This document shows, piece after piece, positions 1-10,628 of a stretch of DNA of 64,000 nucleotides. The notes beneath the pieces are model-generated. The model was not told the origin of the DNA. It saw nothing but the letters and a program-made list of their open reading frames with translations, and searched no databases. The DNA comes from Fidelibacterota bacterium. Its GTDB lineage: Bacteria; Fidelibacterota; Marinisomatia; Marinisomatales; TCS55. The number at the start of each line of letters is the position of its first letter. The stretch's first letter is position 1. The stretch lies in contig JBHHTW010000003.1 in assembly GCA_046861385.1 (NCBI GenBank), positions 32,001 to 96,000 of the forward strand, written 5' to 3'. Made by a program: the position numbers and the translations under genes.

Positions 1-264
1 TATTTTGAATATTCCGCTAAATTTCACCACGGTCTCTACCCGTCTACCAACACTTTTATGGCTATTTATTTTACATTAACTGGGTTACATATGCTCCACA
101 TTATCGGTGGAATGATTGTTAACGGATATTTTTTCGGGCCCGGATCCAAAATGTGGAAAACAGAGCCGGAACATTTTACAAACAGGATTGAAACAGCAGG
201 ATTATACTGGCATTTTGTTGATCTGGTATGGATTTTTCTATTCCCTGTTCTTTATTTACTCTAG
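1..264 (+). CDS. ctaE: Cytochrome c oxidase subunit III, 3' part (starts before the window)
   Basis: Frame open from base 1. Contains YFTLTGLHMLHIIGG and GLYWHFVDLVWIFLFPVLYL, the COX3 signatures. Confidence 0.93.
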   Translation, partial: YFEYSAKFHHGLYPSTNTFMAIYFTLTGLHMLHIIGGMIVNGYFFGPGSKMWKTEPEHFTNRIETAGLYWHFVDLVWIFLFPVLYLL

Positions 265-275
265 GAGTTAGACAT

Positions 276-584
276 ATGAATACAGAAGTAACGGCCTTAG
301 AAATTAAAAACCACGTAAAGGTCTATATCATGATCTTCGGCCTATTAGCCGTATTAACGCTGGTAACTGTTGGTGCATCCTATCTGAACCTGGAAGCGGG
401 AGAGACCATTTTTTTGGCCCTGTCTATTGCCACCATTAAGGGATCGCTGGTCGCGGGTTATTTTATGCATTTGATTTCCGAAAAAACCATGATAAAATGG
501 GTGCTTATGCTAACCATATTTTTCTTTTTACTGCTGATGTTTCTTCCAACCATTTCTGTGATAGATCAGGTGAATTTCCGATGA
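276..584 (+). CDS. ctaF: Cytochrome c oxidase subunit IV family protein
   Basis: AGGAG at 263-267 precedes ATG 276. Three TM helices with KGSLVAGYFMHL motif; directly follows COX3. Confidence 0.85.
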   Translation: MNTEVTALEIKNHVKVYIMIFGLLAVLTLVTVGASYLNLEAGETIFLALSIATIKGSLVAGYFMHLISEKTMIKWVLMLTIFFFLLLMFLPTISVIDQVNFR

Positions 585-775
585 TTTCTCTAAAAACATT
601 TCACCTGTTTTTCATTTCCATGTCATTCATTATTACCATCTGGTTTGCCATTTATATTTTTCAGCAGCCATCCAATGGACTGTCGCCTGCTGTGGGCATT
701 TTATCATTGGTTTGTGGAATGGGACTGTTGATTTATGGAAAAAATGTCTACAAAAAATTCAAAGGATTATCATGA
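581..775 (+). CDS. Small two-TM membrane protein in the cox operon
   Basis: ATGA overlap with the previous stop; MISLKTFHLFFI start; two hydrophobic segments. Confidence 0.7.
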   Translation: MISLKTFHLFFISMSFIITIWFAIYIFQQPSNGLSPAVGILSLVCGMGLLIYGKNVYKKFKGLS

Positions 776-999
776 AGAAATTATTCACAACCATTATGGT
801 AATGGCATTATCATCTGAAATGATCTGGGCTTGTGCGACTTGTTTTGGAGATCCGGATGCACCGGCAACCCACGGAATGAATGGAGCCATTATCGCGTTA
901 TTACTTGTAATCGGAAGCGTGCTGTCTGCTGTGGCAGTAAATATTGTATCTTTTAGAAATAGAGCAAAAATGTATATGAATCAAGAACATAGTCAATGA
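772..999 (+). CDS. Small exported/membrane protein with CxxC (CATCFG)
   Basis: ATGA overlap; signal-like N-terminus, then CATC and one TM helix. Confidence 0.7.
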   Translation: MKKLFTTIMVMALSSEMIWACATCFGDPDAPATHGMNGAIIALLLVIGSVLSAVAVNIVSFRNRAKMYMNQEHSQ

Positions 1000-1013
1000 G
1001 GGATTAAGATTTA

Positions 1014-1844
1014 ATGATTGAAATACTTCGACATGTTGGGTTACCGATCAGCGCATCTACAGATGGAGTAGCCATCGATGAAATTATTGGCTTGGTACAC
1101 TGGCTTATGTTAGTGTTGTTTATTGGATGGGGTCTGTTTTTTATTATTTCCCTTGTAAAATTTCGTGCATCAAAATACACCAAAGCGGATCCGGAAGGCG
1201 TTAGGTCACATATTTCATCTGTGTTAGAAGTCGTTGTAGCCATTATTGAAATGATTATTTTAGTCGGTTTTGCCCTTCCTGTTTGGGCGAATCGTGTGAA
1301 TAATGTGCCAGATTCTGGTGACGATATCGTCCATTTGCGAATTGTGGCCCAGCAGTATGTCTGGAATATCCACTATCCGGGACCGGATGGAAAATTCGGT
1401 GAAACAAGGCCGGAACTAGTCGATGAAATGGAAAATCCTATCGGATTGGATCGTTCATCTGAGTTTGGAAAAGATGATTTTCTCACCATTAATCAACTCC
1501 ATATTCCTGTCCATAAAACGGTAAGAATAGATTTATCAACCAAAGACGTGATTCACAGTTTTTTTCTTCCTGAATTGCGGGTAAAACAGGATGCCATTCC
1601 TGGAATGAATATCCCTGTTCATTTTGAAGCAACGATGACCACAGATAAATTCCTGGATTCCGTGAAGGGAACACCGAGGGAAGGAAAAGGATTCGAAATT
1701 GCCTGTGCTCAATTATGTGGTATGGGACATTATAGAATGAAAGGCTTCTTGACCGTCCACGATCCGGCAGGATATGAAGCGTGGTTGGCTGATCAAGAAG
1801 CATTGTTAAATGAAGAAGATGATTGGGAAGATGATGGTTGGTAG
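1014..1844 (+). CDS. ctaC: Cytochrome c oxidase subunit II
   Basis: Two TM helices, DVIHSF and the CuA motif CAQLCGMGHYRM. Confidence 0.95.
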   Translation: MIEILRHVGLPISASTDGVAIDEIIGLVHWLMLVLFIGWGLFFIISLVKFRASKYTKADPEGVRSHISSVLEVVVAIIEMIILVGFALPVWANRVNNVPDSGDDIVHLRIVAQQYVWNIHYPGPDGKFGETRPELVDEMENPIGLDRSSEFGKDDFLTINQLHIPVHKTVRIDLSTKDVIHSFFLPELRVKQDAIPGMNIPVHFEATMTTDKFLDSVKGTPREGKGFEIACAQLCGMGHYRMKGFLTVHDPAGYEAWLADQEALLNEEDDWEDDGW

Positions 1845-1985
1845 GTGTCATAGTATTCTGTTCAATTATGGTTGATCAATCCTGGTGATAACACTTCATT
1901 TCAAAACGAATGATCAAAATATTGCATTCTAATCCATAACCATTTTTATGTTAACAGAAATATCCTACCTTTATTATCCATCAAA

Positions 1986-2969
1986 ATGATGACTTCCCAT
2001 TGCCATATTTTTCGCTGTTATACCAAATTTGTTGTGGGAATGACTCTTTTTTTGATTTTTGTTGGGGCATTGGTGAAGAGTCACGAAGCCGGACTTTCTG
2101 TGCCGGACTGGCCGACAACCTACGGGTACCAAATGTTTGCCTTTCCCTGGTCCGATATGGTTGGGGGCATTTTTTACGAACACGGTCACCGGATGCTTGC
2201 AACTTTCTTAGGCGCCTTGACTTTAATAATGGCTTTCTGGCTGGGATTAAAAGAAAAGAGAAAGCCGGTGAAACTCTTGGGTTATACCGCTTTGGTCCTG
2301 GTTATTGTCCAGGGACTTCTTGGTGGATTAACCGTTTTGTTTTTTTTACCTGTTTCTATTTCTCTCCTTCACGGTGTGGTGGCTCAAACATTTTTTCTTG
2401 TTGTTATTTTGATTGCTTTTTCCCAATCCAAGGAGTTCCATCAAGGAAAGCGATCTTATCGGGATGGAAGTTATTTTTATATCCTGGCATTGTTAATTGC
2501 TGTTTTTATTCAATTAATTATCGGTGCTTGGATGCGCCATACTGAATCTGGATTGGCCATATATGATTTTCCCAAAATGGCGGGAGCCTGGTTGCCGTTG
2601 TTTAATCATGCGATGTTGAAACATATTAATGACTGGCGTTTTAATATGGACCTGCCCGATGTGACGTTATTTCAGGTAATGATTCACTTTATTCACCGGT
2701 TAGGGGCATTGGTTATTTTCGTACTTACAGTTGTCACTCATTATAAAATGATCCGCTATCTAAACCGATATTCAAGGAGAATTAAAAGGAACCTGTATTT
2801 TTTAGATAGCCTAATTTTGATCCAAATTCTATTAGGCGCTTTTACCATCTGGTCAGCCAAAGGGCCTTTCATTACGAGTTTTCATGTAATGAATGGCGCC
2901 ATGGTCATGGGTGCTTGTTTTTTATTGTTATTAAGATTGTCCGATTTATCATTTTTAAGGGCGACATAA
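1986..2969 (+). CDS. ctaA: Heme A synthase (COX15/CtaA)
   Basis: Multi-TM protein with GLSVPDWP, EHGHR and HRLGA motifs. Confidence 0.9.
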   Translation: MMTSHCHIFRCYTKFVVGMTLFLIFVGALVKSHEAGLSVPDWPTTYGYQMFAFPWSDMVGGIFYEHGHRMLATFLGALTLIMAFWLGLKEKRKPVKLLGYTALVLVIVQGLLGGLTVLFFLPVSISLLHGVVAQTFFLVVILIAFSQSKEFHQGKRSYRDGSYFYILALLIAVFIQLIIGAWMRHTESGLAIYDFPKMAGAWLPLFNHAMLKHINDWRFNMDLPDVTLFQVMIHFIHRLGALVIFVLTVVTHYKMIRYLNRYSRRIKRNLYFLDSLILIQILLGAFTIWSAKGPFITSFHVMNGAMVMGACFLLLLRLSDLSFLRAT

Positions 2970-2972
2970 ACG

Positions 2973-3851
2973 ATGAAAACCAAACGAATGACAGGAAAAA
3001 ACTTTGCTGCCTATTTTGAATTAATGAAACCCAATATCATGTCTTTGGTATTGGTCACTACCGTATTGGGGTATTACTTAGGTGGAAATGGTATTGATTC
3101 CTGGTCCAGGTTGGCAATGGTCCTTTTCGGGACGGCCTTAACGGCCGGGGGGTCTGGAGCATTAAATCATTATTTGGAAAGAGATTCAGATAAATTAATG
3201 GACCGGACCAAAAATCGACCAATTCCAACGGGGATGATTTTACCGGCTGATGCGTTAATATTCGGTGTAATCCTGGTGGTCTCCGGGACCGTATTCCTCG
3301 CATATAATATTAATTTATTAACGGGGTTTTTGTCAATAATGACATCATTCCTGTATATTTTGGTTTATACGCCATTAAAAAAAATAACCTGGTTGAATAC
3401 TTCAATAGGATCGATTCCAGGGGCCTTGCCGCCTGTAGGAGGCTGGGCAGCGGCTACAGGAGACCTAAGTACTGGTGCATGGATATTATTTGCCATTATG
3501 TTTCTATGGCAACATCCCCATTTCTATGCAATCGCGTGGATATTTAAAGAAGATTATGCCAAAGCTGACTTTAAAATGCTTCCGGTCATAGAGCCGGATG
3601 GAAAAAGAACCGTCAGGCAAATATTCTGGCATTTGATTTTATTAATTCCCATATCTGCTATGCCATATTTTAGCGGCATTTCCGGGGATTTCTATTTGTT
3701 TAGTGTTATTATTTTAACTGGACTCTTTTTTATTTCAGCGATACCCATGTATCGTGAAAAAAACAGAAATAATGCCAGGGCGCTTTTAAAGTCGTCCATT
3801 ATTTATTTACCAATTTTATTAATCTTGATTGTTGTTGATAAAGCTATATGA
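2973..3851 (+). CDS. ctaB: Protoheme IX farnesyltransferase (heme O synthase)
   Basis: NHYLERDSDKLMDRTKNRPIP, YTPLK, GALPPVGGW and WQHPHF motifs. Confidence 0.95.
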   Translation: MKTKRMTGKNFAAYFELMKPNIMSLVLVTTVLGYYLGGNGIDSWSRLAMVLFGTALTAGGSGALNHYLERDSDKLMDRTKNRPIPTGMILPADALIFGVILVVSGTVFLAYNINLLTGFLSIMTSFLYILVYTPLKKITWLNTSIGSIPGALPPVGGWAAATGDLSTGAWILFAIMFLWQHPHFYAIAWIFKEDYAKADFKMLPVIEPDGKRTVRQIFWHLILLIPISAMPYFSGISGDFYLFSVIILTGLFFISAIPMYREKNRNNARALLKSSIIYLPILLILIVVDKAI

Positions 3852-4423
3852 TTTCTCAACGTAACCGATTCATTATTTATGTGATTGGTGCTATAATAAT
3901 TGCCGGCACGTGGTGGATAAAGACCCCGAAACCATTGCCGATTCTTGGGAGTATACCTTCATTTGACATGATTGATACTAATGGCGGTCCATTTGGATCG
4001 ACGGACTTAAAGGGAAAAATCTGGGTAGCTGATTTTATTTTTACCACCTGTGCCGGTCCATGTCCCGTAATGAGTTCAGAAATGGCTGGAATTCATAAAA
4101 CATTTATCAATGATCCAAATATTCAGACAGTTTCTTATTCAGTTAATCCTGATTATGACACACCGGAAGTTTTGAATGAATATGCCAAACGATTTGATGC
4201 AGACACGGATCAATGGCATTTTCTTCATGCTCCAGAAGAAGATATTCGATCGATCATTATAAATGGATTCAAAATGGGGGACATGGAAGATATTGTATTT
4301 CACAGCACGCGATTTGCATTAGTAGATAAAAATAATAAAATACGCGGTTACTACATCGGCACGGATCACGATGAAGTTAATAAGCTGAAACACGACATAG
4401 TTCAATTAAGCCAATCAAATTAA
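3848..4423 (+). CDS. SCO1/SenC copper chaperone
   Basis: FTTCAGPCP (CxxxC), DTPEVL and HSTRFALVD. Confidence 0.92.
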   Translation: MISQRNRFIIYVIGAIIIAGTWWIKTPKPLPILGSIPSFDMIDTNGGPFGSTDLKGKIWVADFIFTTCAGPCPVMSSEMAGIHKTFINDPNIQTVSYSVNPDYDTPEVLNEYAKRFDADTDQWHFLHAPEEDIRSIIINGFKMGDMEDIVFHSTRFALVDKNNKIRGYYIGTDHDEVNKLKHDIVQLSQSN

Positions 4424-4426
4424 TAA

Positions 4427-4954
4427 ATGTCTGATTCCATAAAATCAGATAGATTCTGGCTAAATATTATTTATATTGCTTCTACGATTATTACTTTCGC
4501 TGTTGCATTTTTAATCCTGGGGCCAAGACCTGAAGGAATGGAAGGGAGTATAGACGTTTCTTCCTTACCCACCGTTAATGCTGTACTTAATAGTATCACT
4601 TCCATTCTTTTAATTATTGGATTCTTTTTCATCAAACACAAGAAAAAAGAGATTCATAAAAAATTTATGTTAACAGCATTTGGCACCTCATTTGCATTTT
4701 TAGTTTCCTATGTCATCTACCATTGGTTTAAAAGTGGTCCAAAGGTCTACGTGGGAGATTTTTCCTCTGTATATTATATCATTTTATTAACACATATACT
4801 GCTTGCTGTTATCATAATTCCTCTAGCACTGTTAACGTTATATAGAGGTTGGACGACTCAGTTATCCAAACACCGTAAAATAGCGAAAATTACATTTCCC
4901 ATTTGGATGGTTGTGTCCGTTTCCGGCGTGTTAGTATATTATATGTTATATTAA
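4427..4954 (+). CDS. DUF420 family membrane protein
   Basis: LPTVNAVLN, HKKFM, FLVSYVIYH, HRKIAK and SGVLVY pattern in cox operon context. Confidence 0.85.
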   Translation: MSDSIKSDRFWLNIIYIASTIITFAVAFLILGPRPEGMEGSIDVSSLPTVNAVLNSITSILLIIGFFFIKHKKKEIHKKFMLTAFGTSFAFLVSYVIYHWFKSGPKVYVGDFSSVYYIILLTHILLAVIIIPLALLTLYRGWTTQLSKHRKIAKITFPIWMVVSVSGVLVYYMLY

Positions 4955-7900
4955 AGAATTTTTACTAATCCTGCAAAATTGGGATTGGTTTTGAATCCAT
5001 GATGCTGGAAAAATTCCGACGTCATAAATGGAACGGTCACGTAGTGTACTGAATTTTTCTTTAATCGCTGCAAACATTCATTTAGCAGTCTTGCGCCCAA
5101 ACCACTATTATGATATTTTTCGATAAGCGCTATTTTTTCCAAATGAGCTGTTTGGTCATCAATGATTTTCCAATAAATGCCTCCACATTGTTTATTAGCA
5201 GGTGAAAACATCAATAAAAATATATGTTCTTCAGTAAAATTTGCATGAAGATTAAAGGATAATAATAAATCATGAAATAACGCTAATTCTTTTGGTTTAT
5301 GTGGTGGTCGTATAGTAAATAAATTATTTCCTTTATCCTTAATCTTAACGATTAATTCATGTTTATGCATTCCAGAATCATGGAGTATTAATTCGGCATA
5401 GTCTGAAGGTTCTACATGATGATAAATTAATCGAGTCAGGAAATAGGCATCATTCTCAGAACAATTCGAATCAATTATTAATCTCCGTATCATGGATTCG
5501 GCTTCCTCTTGGCTCATGGTGGAGTTAAATAATCCTGATGATAATCTAAGAAGTTCCTTCACAAGGTGAGTTTCATGATTTAGAAAACAGGTTAAAAGAA
5601 AAAATCGAATCCTAATGACCGGGTTTTCTTCGTGCAATTCATGCAATTTATAATCTTTATATAATTCTTGAAGAATTTCACTCTGGGCCTGGATAGTTGC
5701 ATCTTTATTCAAATCCATCCAGCGTTGAAATCGACGAGAAGCAAAAACGACCGGTTTTGGTAAATATCCATACATTGAAACTTTGTCGATGTACTCTTGA
5801 ATGACTTTGGCATTTAACCCATGTATTTCATTATTTCTTAATTCATGACCAATTTTCGTTAATATGGATAACCCATCTGCTGTACCTGATGTTTGCAATA
5901 TGCAGGAAAAAATAACATCCCATTTCACTACATGATTCAATCCTTGAAAACGGTTTTCAGTCGATATAATGAGATTTTCATATAAAGATATTAATGCCTC
6001 TAAAAGAGATTCTACTTTTATTGTCTTGAATGTTCGTATTAATCGCACATGTGTTGCATTGTCAAATTCAGAAACAATCACATTCTTGATAGTGGGATTT
6101 TTAATTGTAAGCTTGTAGTCTGTTTTTGCCATAAAATCTATATATCCCTGCAAGCTGCTCCATCCAAAATGCAGCCAGCGCATATCCCATCTATCACGCA
6201 ACTTTTTGTTATTTATTTCATTCTCCCTACTTTTTAAATACCAATAAACGTCCGAACCACGGTCATACTCAGTAATAATGGTCTTTTGTTCTGGCCAGTA
6301 TGTAATAAAATTATTTAGGAGATTTGTATTTTCAATTCCCGAACTCATTAGTATTTGCCGGTTAGATATATCATCTATTTCTTTCTTGGTAACGTTTGGT
6401 AAATGAGAAATGATAAAATTGTATGCGGATCCGTCCATCAAAGTCAAAAGGGTTCTGTATTGGATACATCCATCTTCACGGCTTAGTTCACTGACCCAAA
6501 TCCCTTCATTATCAATTTCAGAAAGATCAACAATTCTTCCACCTGTAAGAACAAAAATTGTTGAAAAAATGACCGATTGTTTTTGAAATAGATTGAGGAT
6601 GTAAATCTGCTGATCTCTTTTAATTGACGGTTCAAATTGTATTCTTTTTTCCCAGTCTTTCCCGTTGGTTTTTTGTTTTGGCAACATAGTGAAAAATCGC
6701 TCGGACAAAACTTCCATACTCAACTTAATGTGTGGAGATAATTCAGTATTTATCGATGAATGCGTCCAGTTGTTTAATTCATGCCTAATAAAAGAAAAAT
6801 ATTTCGGATGGATTAATGCAATATCAACACATAATTGAAACAGCATCTCTATAAAATGATGAGATGTGGAGTCGGTCGAATTTTGTTTTCTGGCGGAAGT
6901 AAGCTCTAATAAAATTGCTTCTATATGGATATATTTCAGCCTGGTTTTATCTAAATCCCATGTTTTAAGTTTTTTAGCATTACGCAACTTTTCAAATAGG
7001 ATCTTTAAGTTTATTAGAAAAACGGATTCGTCAAGATAGGGGATAATGAAATTAAAGATCTTTTGGGAGAATCTTAAATTCTTGTCGTGAATCATACGCT
7101 CCAGTATAGCAACACCAATTCTTCTAAACTGGTTATCACTGTTATCAAACACTCTATTTATCAATTTCAACCCAGATAGTTTGTGTTCCATCAGTGCTAA
7201 TACTGCATTATTCAACAAGTTCAAGGGTGAGTTAGTATCAGCCATCGGTTGTGCAGGCGATTTAATGGCCATATCAAACACTGATAATTCTTTTGATTTT
7301 TTAAAATGTATTAAATCGAAAACAAGACGCCCGGTAAATTCAATTAATTGTTGATTTCCAATCCACAATCTTGGATCGAGAAGAAGCTCCTCAAGATCTA
7401 TATGATCTTGGTTAACCTTATATATGAAATCTCCTAAATGCAGATGATTTCCTCTCCAAGTACATCTGCATCTTTTATTGATGGATTTTATAATCAAATA
7501 CTGTTTTTTTAAGTGAATACCTTGCGGTATAATTTCTAATTTCTTAAAAAACCAATTTGGAATCGATAGGCGATTCCCATTTATATTCAATTCAGTCTGA
7601 TCACTAGAATATAACTGTTGAATAATATCAGACCATCGATTGAGGATATTTTTCCGCTTATAAGTTCCTTTCTGTGTAAGTTCATCATTTTCAATCGTAA
7701 AATTTCTGGGAATGACAGCAAAATTAATCATGCGTTCATAACTCGATAAAAAACCATTCACAGAGTGGATGAGTGCTCCGATAGAAGATCTGATTTCATC
7801 AGGATTTCTGTCGGGGAAATGAGCGTCTAAATATTTGGGATTTGGGTAGATTAATACAGTATTATAATCCATTCGATCACCGACCAGAAAAGCCGATTCG

Positions 7901-9447
7901 ATTGCATCAAATTCTTTCAGCATATTTTCGATTTTTTGTGGGGTAATTGTTTGTCCGGATGCACTTTTATAGATTTCTTTTTTTCGATCATGTATATAAT
8001 AATGACCATTTTTCTCAGCAAAAATATCACCAGTGTGAAACCAGCCTTTTTTCAATGTTGAAACTAGAGGATCTCCATAGTAATGTTTAGAAATATAAGG
8101 ACCTTTGAGCAAAAGTTCTCCATCGGTGGAAAGACGAAGCTCTATACCAGGTAAAGCAAGCCCAACCGAATCAATATTATAGTCACCTGGAGGAGTCATT
8201 GTAATTCCGCCAGTAGCTTCAGTCATTCCGTACCCGCTCAAAAGATTAATGTCATTTGATTGAAAAAATTGAAAGATATCCGGATCAAGATAGCCAGCAG
8301 CTGATAAACCCCATTTTAAAGAACCGCCTGTTACTTTTTTAACGACATTTTTTATCAAAATATTATCATTTGTATCCGCCGATGTTGTTGACTGTATGGT
8401 ATTATATAATTGAGTCCATCTTCGGGGGACACTAATAAAAACAGAAGGCTTTATGGTTATAAAATTATTCTGCAATGCCTTAAAAGAAGAATCTTGGGCA
8501 AACGTATAAGACGCTCCCCAAAAAATACTGCCTTGCAGTTCAAAAAATCTACCGAATGTGTGATAGAGTGGGAGGTAGCATAAAAAGGAATCTTTTGAAC
8601 CAATTTCAGGTAAAGCCAATGCTCGGGCGAAGCGTTTAATTATAAAATTATTCTGTGTAAATGCAATGCCTTTGGGTTCCCCTGTTGTCCCGGATGTATA
8701 CATAATAGTAGCAATGCTATTTAAATTAACTTGGTTAATCCGTTTTAAAACGAGCATGGGGTCAATTTTTGTATGATTTGATATAAAGGAATCCCAATGA
8801 GACGAATTAAAATTGATTAGGGTTAAGTTTGAAATGGTCGCCTGTAAATATTCATTCCAGTGAATTTGTTTTTCTCCACCAATAAAAATATGGGTTATCC
8901 CGCTCTGATTAATGATGAATTCGATGTCACTATCCGGTGCATTTGCAGGTATAGGAACATTGACAAAATTATATGAAAGACATGCCATATCTAACAAAGC
9001 GCCGTGAAAAGAATTTGGAGTTAATATTCCGACTCGAATAGGTTTATCGGCAGCAGTTTCTTCAAATGTTAATGCTTTGGCAATTGTTAATACTTTATTC
9101 CAGACTTCATCATAAGTGAAAATATTTAATTGTGTTCCATGAAATTCTCTAAAAAGGACGTTGTTTTTATATCGCCGGGTTCGGTTATAAAATAAATGTC
9201 CGAACGAATAATGGGATATTTGAATTAATTCAATCAGTAGGTTGAGCCAGTCTTCAATCCGATTATGCATTACAACCGAAGAGTTCACTTGTGGAAAATG
9301 ACCTAGATCAAGAAAAGTGTGAATGACTCTACGATCAATTTTTCCGGATACTAATTTCCGGCCAATATCAAATAGGTGTTCAATATTTGGAGAGTCGACC
9401 AATGATTCTTGAATCAGATCTTGCATGGATTCCCTTGTTAAGTCCAT
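4951..9447 (-). CDS. Multidomain protein: long-chain acyl-CoA ligase-like AMP-binding domain, unknown/kinase-like middle region, C-terminal GNAT
   Basis: IMYTSGTTGEPKG, GYGMTE and GWFHTGD in the N-terminal ~610 aa. C-terminal LEKIAL..YHNSGLGARLL...FFQHHGF GNAT motifs. Confidence 0.85.
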   Translation of the reverse strand: MDLTRESMQDLIQESLVDSPNIEHLFDIGRKLVSGKIDRRVIHTFLDLGHFPQVNSSVVMHNRIEDWLNLLIELIQISHYSFGHLFYNRTRRYKNNVLFREFHGTQLNIFTYDEVWNKVLTIAKALTFEETAADKPIRVGILTPNSFHGALLDMACLSYNFVNVPIPANAPDSDIEFIINQSGITHIFIGGEKQIHWNEYLQATISNLTLINFNSSHWDSFISNHTKIDPMLVLKRINQVNLNSIATIMYTSGTTGEPKGIAFTQNNFIIKRFARALALPEIGSKDSFLCYLPLYHTFGRFFELQGSIFWGASYTFAQDSSFKALQNNFITIKPSVFISVPRRWTQLYNTIQSTTSADTNDNILIKNVVKKVTGGSLKWGLSAAGYLDPDIFQFFQSNDINLLSGYGMTEATGGITMTPPGDYNIDSVGLALPGIELRLSTDGELLLKGPYISKHYYGDPLVSTLKKGWFHTGDIFAEKNGHYYIHDRKKEIYKSASGQTITPQKIENMLKEFDAIESAFLVGDRMDYNTVLIYPNPKYLDAHFPDRNPDEIRSSIGALIHSVNGFLSSYERMINFAVIPRNFTIENDELTQKGTYKRKNILNRWSDIIQQLYSSDQTELNINGNRLSIPNWFFKKLEIIPQGIHLKKQYLIIKSINKRCRCTWRGNHLHLGDFIYKVNQDHIDLEELLLDPRLWIGNQQLIEFTGRLVFDLIHFKKSKELSVFDMAIKSPAQPMADTNSPLNLLNNAVLALMEHKLSGLKLINRVFDNSDNQFRRIGVAILERMIHDKNLRFSQKIFNFIIPYLDESVFLINLKILFEKLRNAKKLKTWDLDKTRLKYIHIEAILLELTSARKQNSTDSTSHHFIEMLFQLCVDIALIHPKYFSFIRHELNNWTHSSINTELSPHIKLSMEVLSERFFTMLPKQKTNGKDWEKRIQFEPSIKRDQQIYILNLFQKQSVIFSTIFVLTGGRIVDLSEIDNEGIWVSELSREDGCIQYRTLLTLMDGSAYNFIISHLPNVTKKEIDDISNRQILMSSGIENTNLLNNFITYWPEQKTIITEYDRGSDVYWYLKSRENEINNKKLRDRWDMRWLHFGWSSLQGYIDFMAKTDYKLTIKNPTIKNVIVSEFDNATHVRLIRTFKTIKVESLLEALISLYENLIISTENRFQGLNHVVKWDVIFSCILQTSGTADGLSILTKIGHELRNNEIHGLNAKVIQEYIDKVSMYGYLPKPVVFASRRFQRWMDLNKDATIQAQSEILQELYKDYKLHELHEENPVIRIRFFLLTCFLNHETHLVKELLRLSSGLFNSTMSQEEAESMIRRLIIDSNCSENDAYFLTRLIYHHVEPSDYAELILHDSGMHKHELIVKIKDKGNNLFTIRPPHKPKELALFHDLLLSFNLHANFTEEHIFLLMFSPANKQCGGIYWKIIDDQTAHLEKIALIEKYHNSGLGARLLNECLQRLKKNSVHYVTVPFMTSEFFQHHGFKTNPNFAGLVKIL

Positions 9448-9536
9448 GAAGAAAATTACGGAGATTCTGTTGAATCTTTAGGCAGGATTTGATACAATAA
9501 AGACTCTCATCATTAGCCTTTACTATACCAGCAATA

Positions 9537-10628
9537 TCAGAAGTTTAAACTAAAGGTAATGCGGTTTACTAAACCCAGTAATCCTAAGCTAGAGATAGAA
9601 TAATCCACCCGAAAATTGATCGGGACGAAGGATAATTTTTCAGTATCAATTCCAAAGCCGTACGCCATGTTTGAAACATACCCAAAACCATTGTCACTAT
9701 CGATAGCGTCTTGATATGCAGCGGCATCTGTATCATCGCTTAAGTCATCACTGAATTGCATGAACTTGAATTGCATCCCCGTACGAATATAAAATGCATC
9801 CAGAATTTTTACTTCACCGCCCAGGACATAATAGGGATTGTAATCTCGGGGGTCAAAATATTCCCAGTTCACGGTCACCTCAGCCAATTCCTGTTTTATA
9901 AATCCATTTTTTCCAACTGGTGTCATTGACAACCCAAATCGAAATGCCATGGGTAAAGACCAATCATCTGTATTTAAATGAGCTACAACACTTGGACGCC
10001 CAGGAAACTCTTCATCTTTCACATCCACTTTATTATCTGTTCCATACAAGCGCATCTTTGTTCCAAAATTTGTAACAGCCATACCGATACGAAGTCCATA
10101 AAAATCAGTGACATATTGTGAGCCAGCATCAACGGCAAATGCGGTAGCGGATGAGAATGAAATCGTTTCTTTAATTATTTTTGCTTGCACACCGACTGCA
10201 AAACGGTCACTAATTTTTTTACCATATCCTAATCCAATGGAAAAATCACTAGCGGTAAACGTCCCTTCTCCATCAGTAGCAAATTCTGTCGTTTTTGTCA
10301 TCTCACCCATATCAAAATAAACAAGACTGACACCAAATGACCCAAGTTTTCCAGCCGGAAAAGCCGCAGCTATATAGCTGTGTTTCATATCTGCAATCCA
10401 GTTAAAGTAACTGAATTGAACCTGTGGTGAAGTTAAATGAGCGATTCCGGATGGATTCCAGTATAAGGCGGATGCATCAGCGACTTGGGCTGTATACGCA
10501 CCTCCCATTCCTTCCGCTCGGCTGCCCACTCCAATTTTTAAAAAATTAACAGCAGACGTTCCAACATTATCAAACTGAGCGCTGGCTATTCCAACCAGCA
10601 GGATGGATAGTATAAGTATTTTCTTCAT
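9537..10628 (-). CDS. PorV/PorQ (UPF0164)-like outer-membrane beta-barrel
   Basis: Signal peptide; FLKIGVGSRAEGMGGAYTAQVADASALYWNPSG; terminal Phe. Confidence 0.85.
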   Translation of the reverse strand: MKKILILSILLVGIASAQFDNVGTSAVNFLKIGVGSRAEGMGGAYTAQVADASALYWNPSGIAHLTSPQVQFSYFNWIADMKHSYIAAAFPAGKLGSFGVSLVYFDMGEMTKTTEFATDGEGTFTASDFSIGLGYGKKISDRFAVGVQAKIIKETISFSSATAFAVDAGSQYVTDFYGLRIGMAVTNFGTKMRLYGTDNKVDVKDEEFPGRPSVVAHLNTDDWSLPMAFRFGLSMTPVGKNGFIKQELAEVTVNWEYFDPRDYNPYYVLGGEVKILDAFYIRTGMQFKFMQFSDDLSDDTDAAAYQDAIDSDNGFGYVSNMAYGFGIDTEKLSFVPINFRVDYSISSLGLLGLVNRITFSLNF

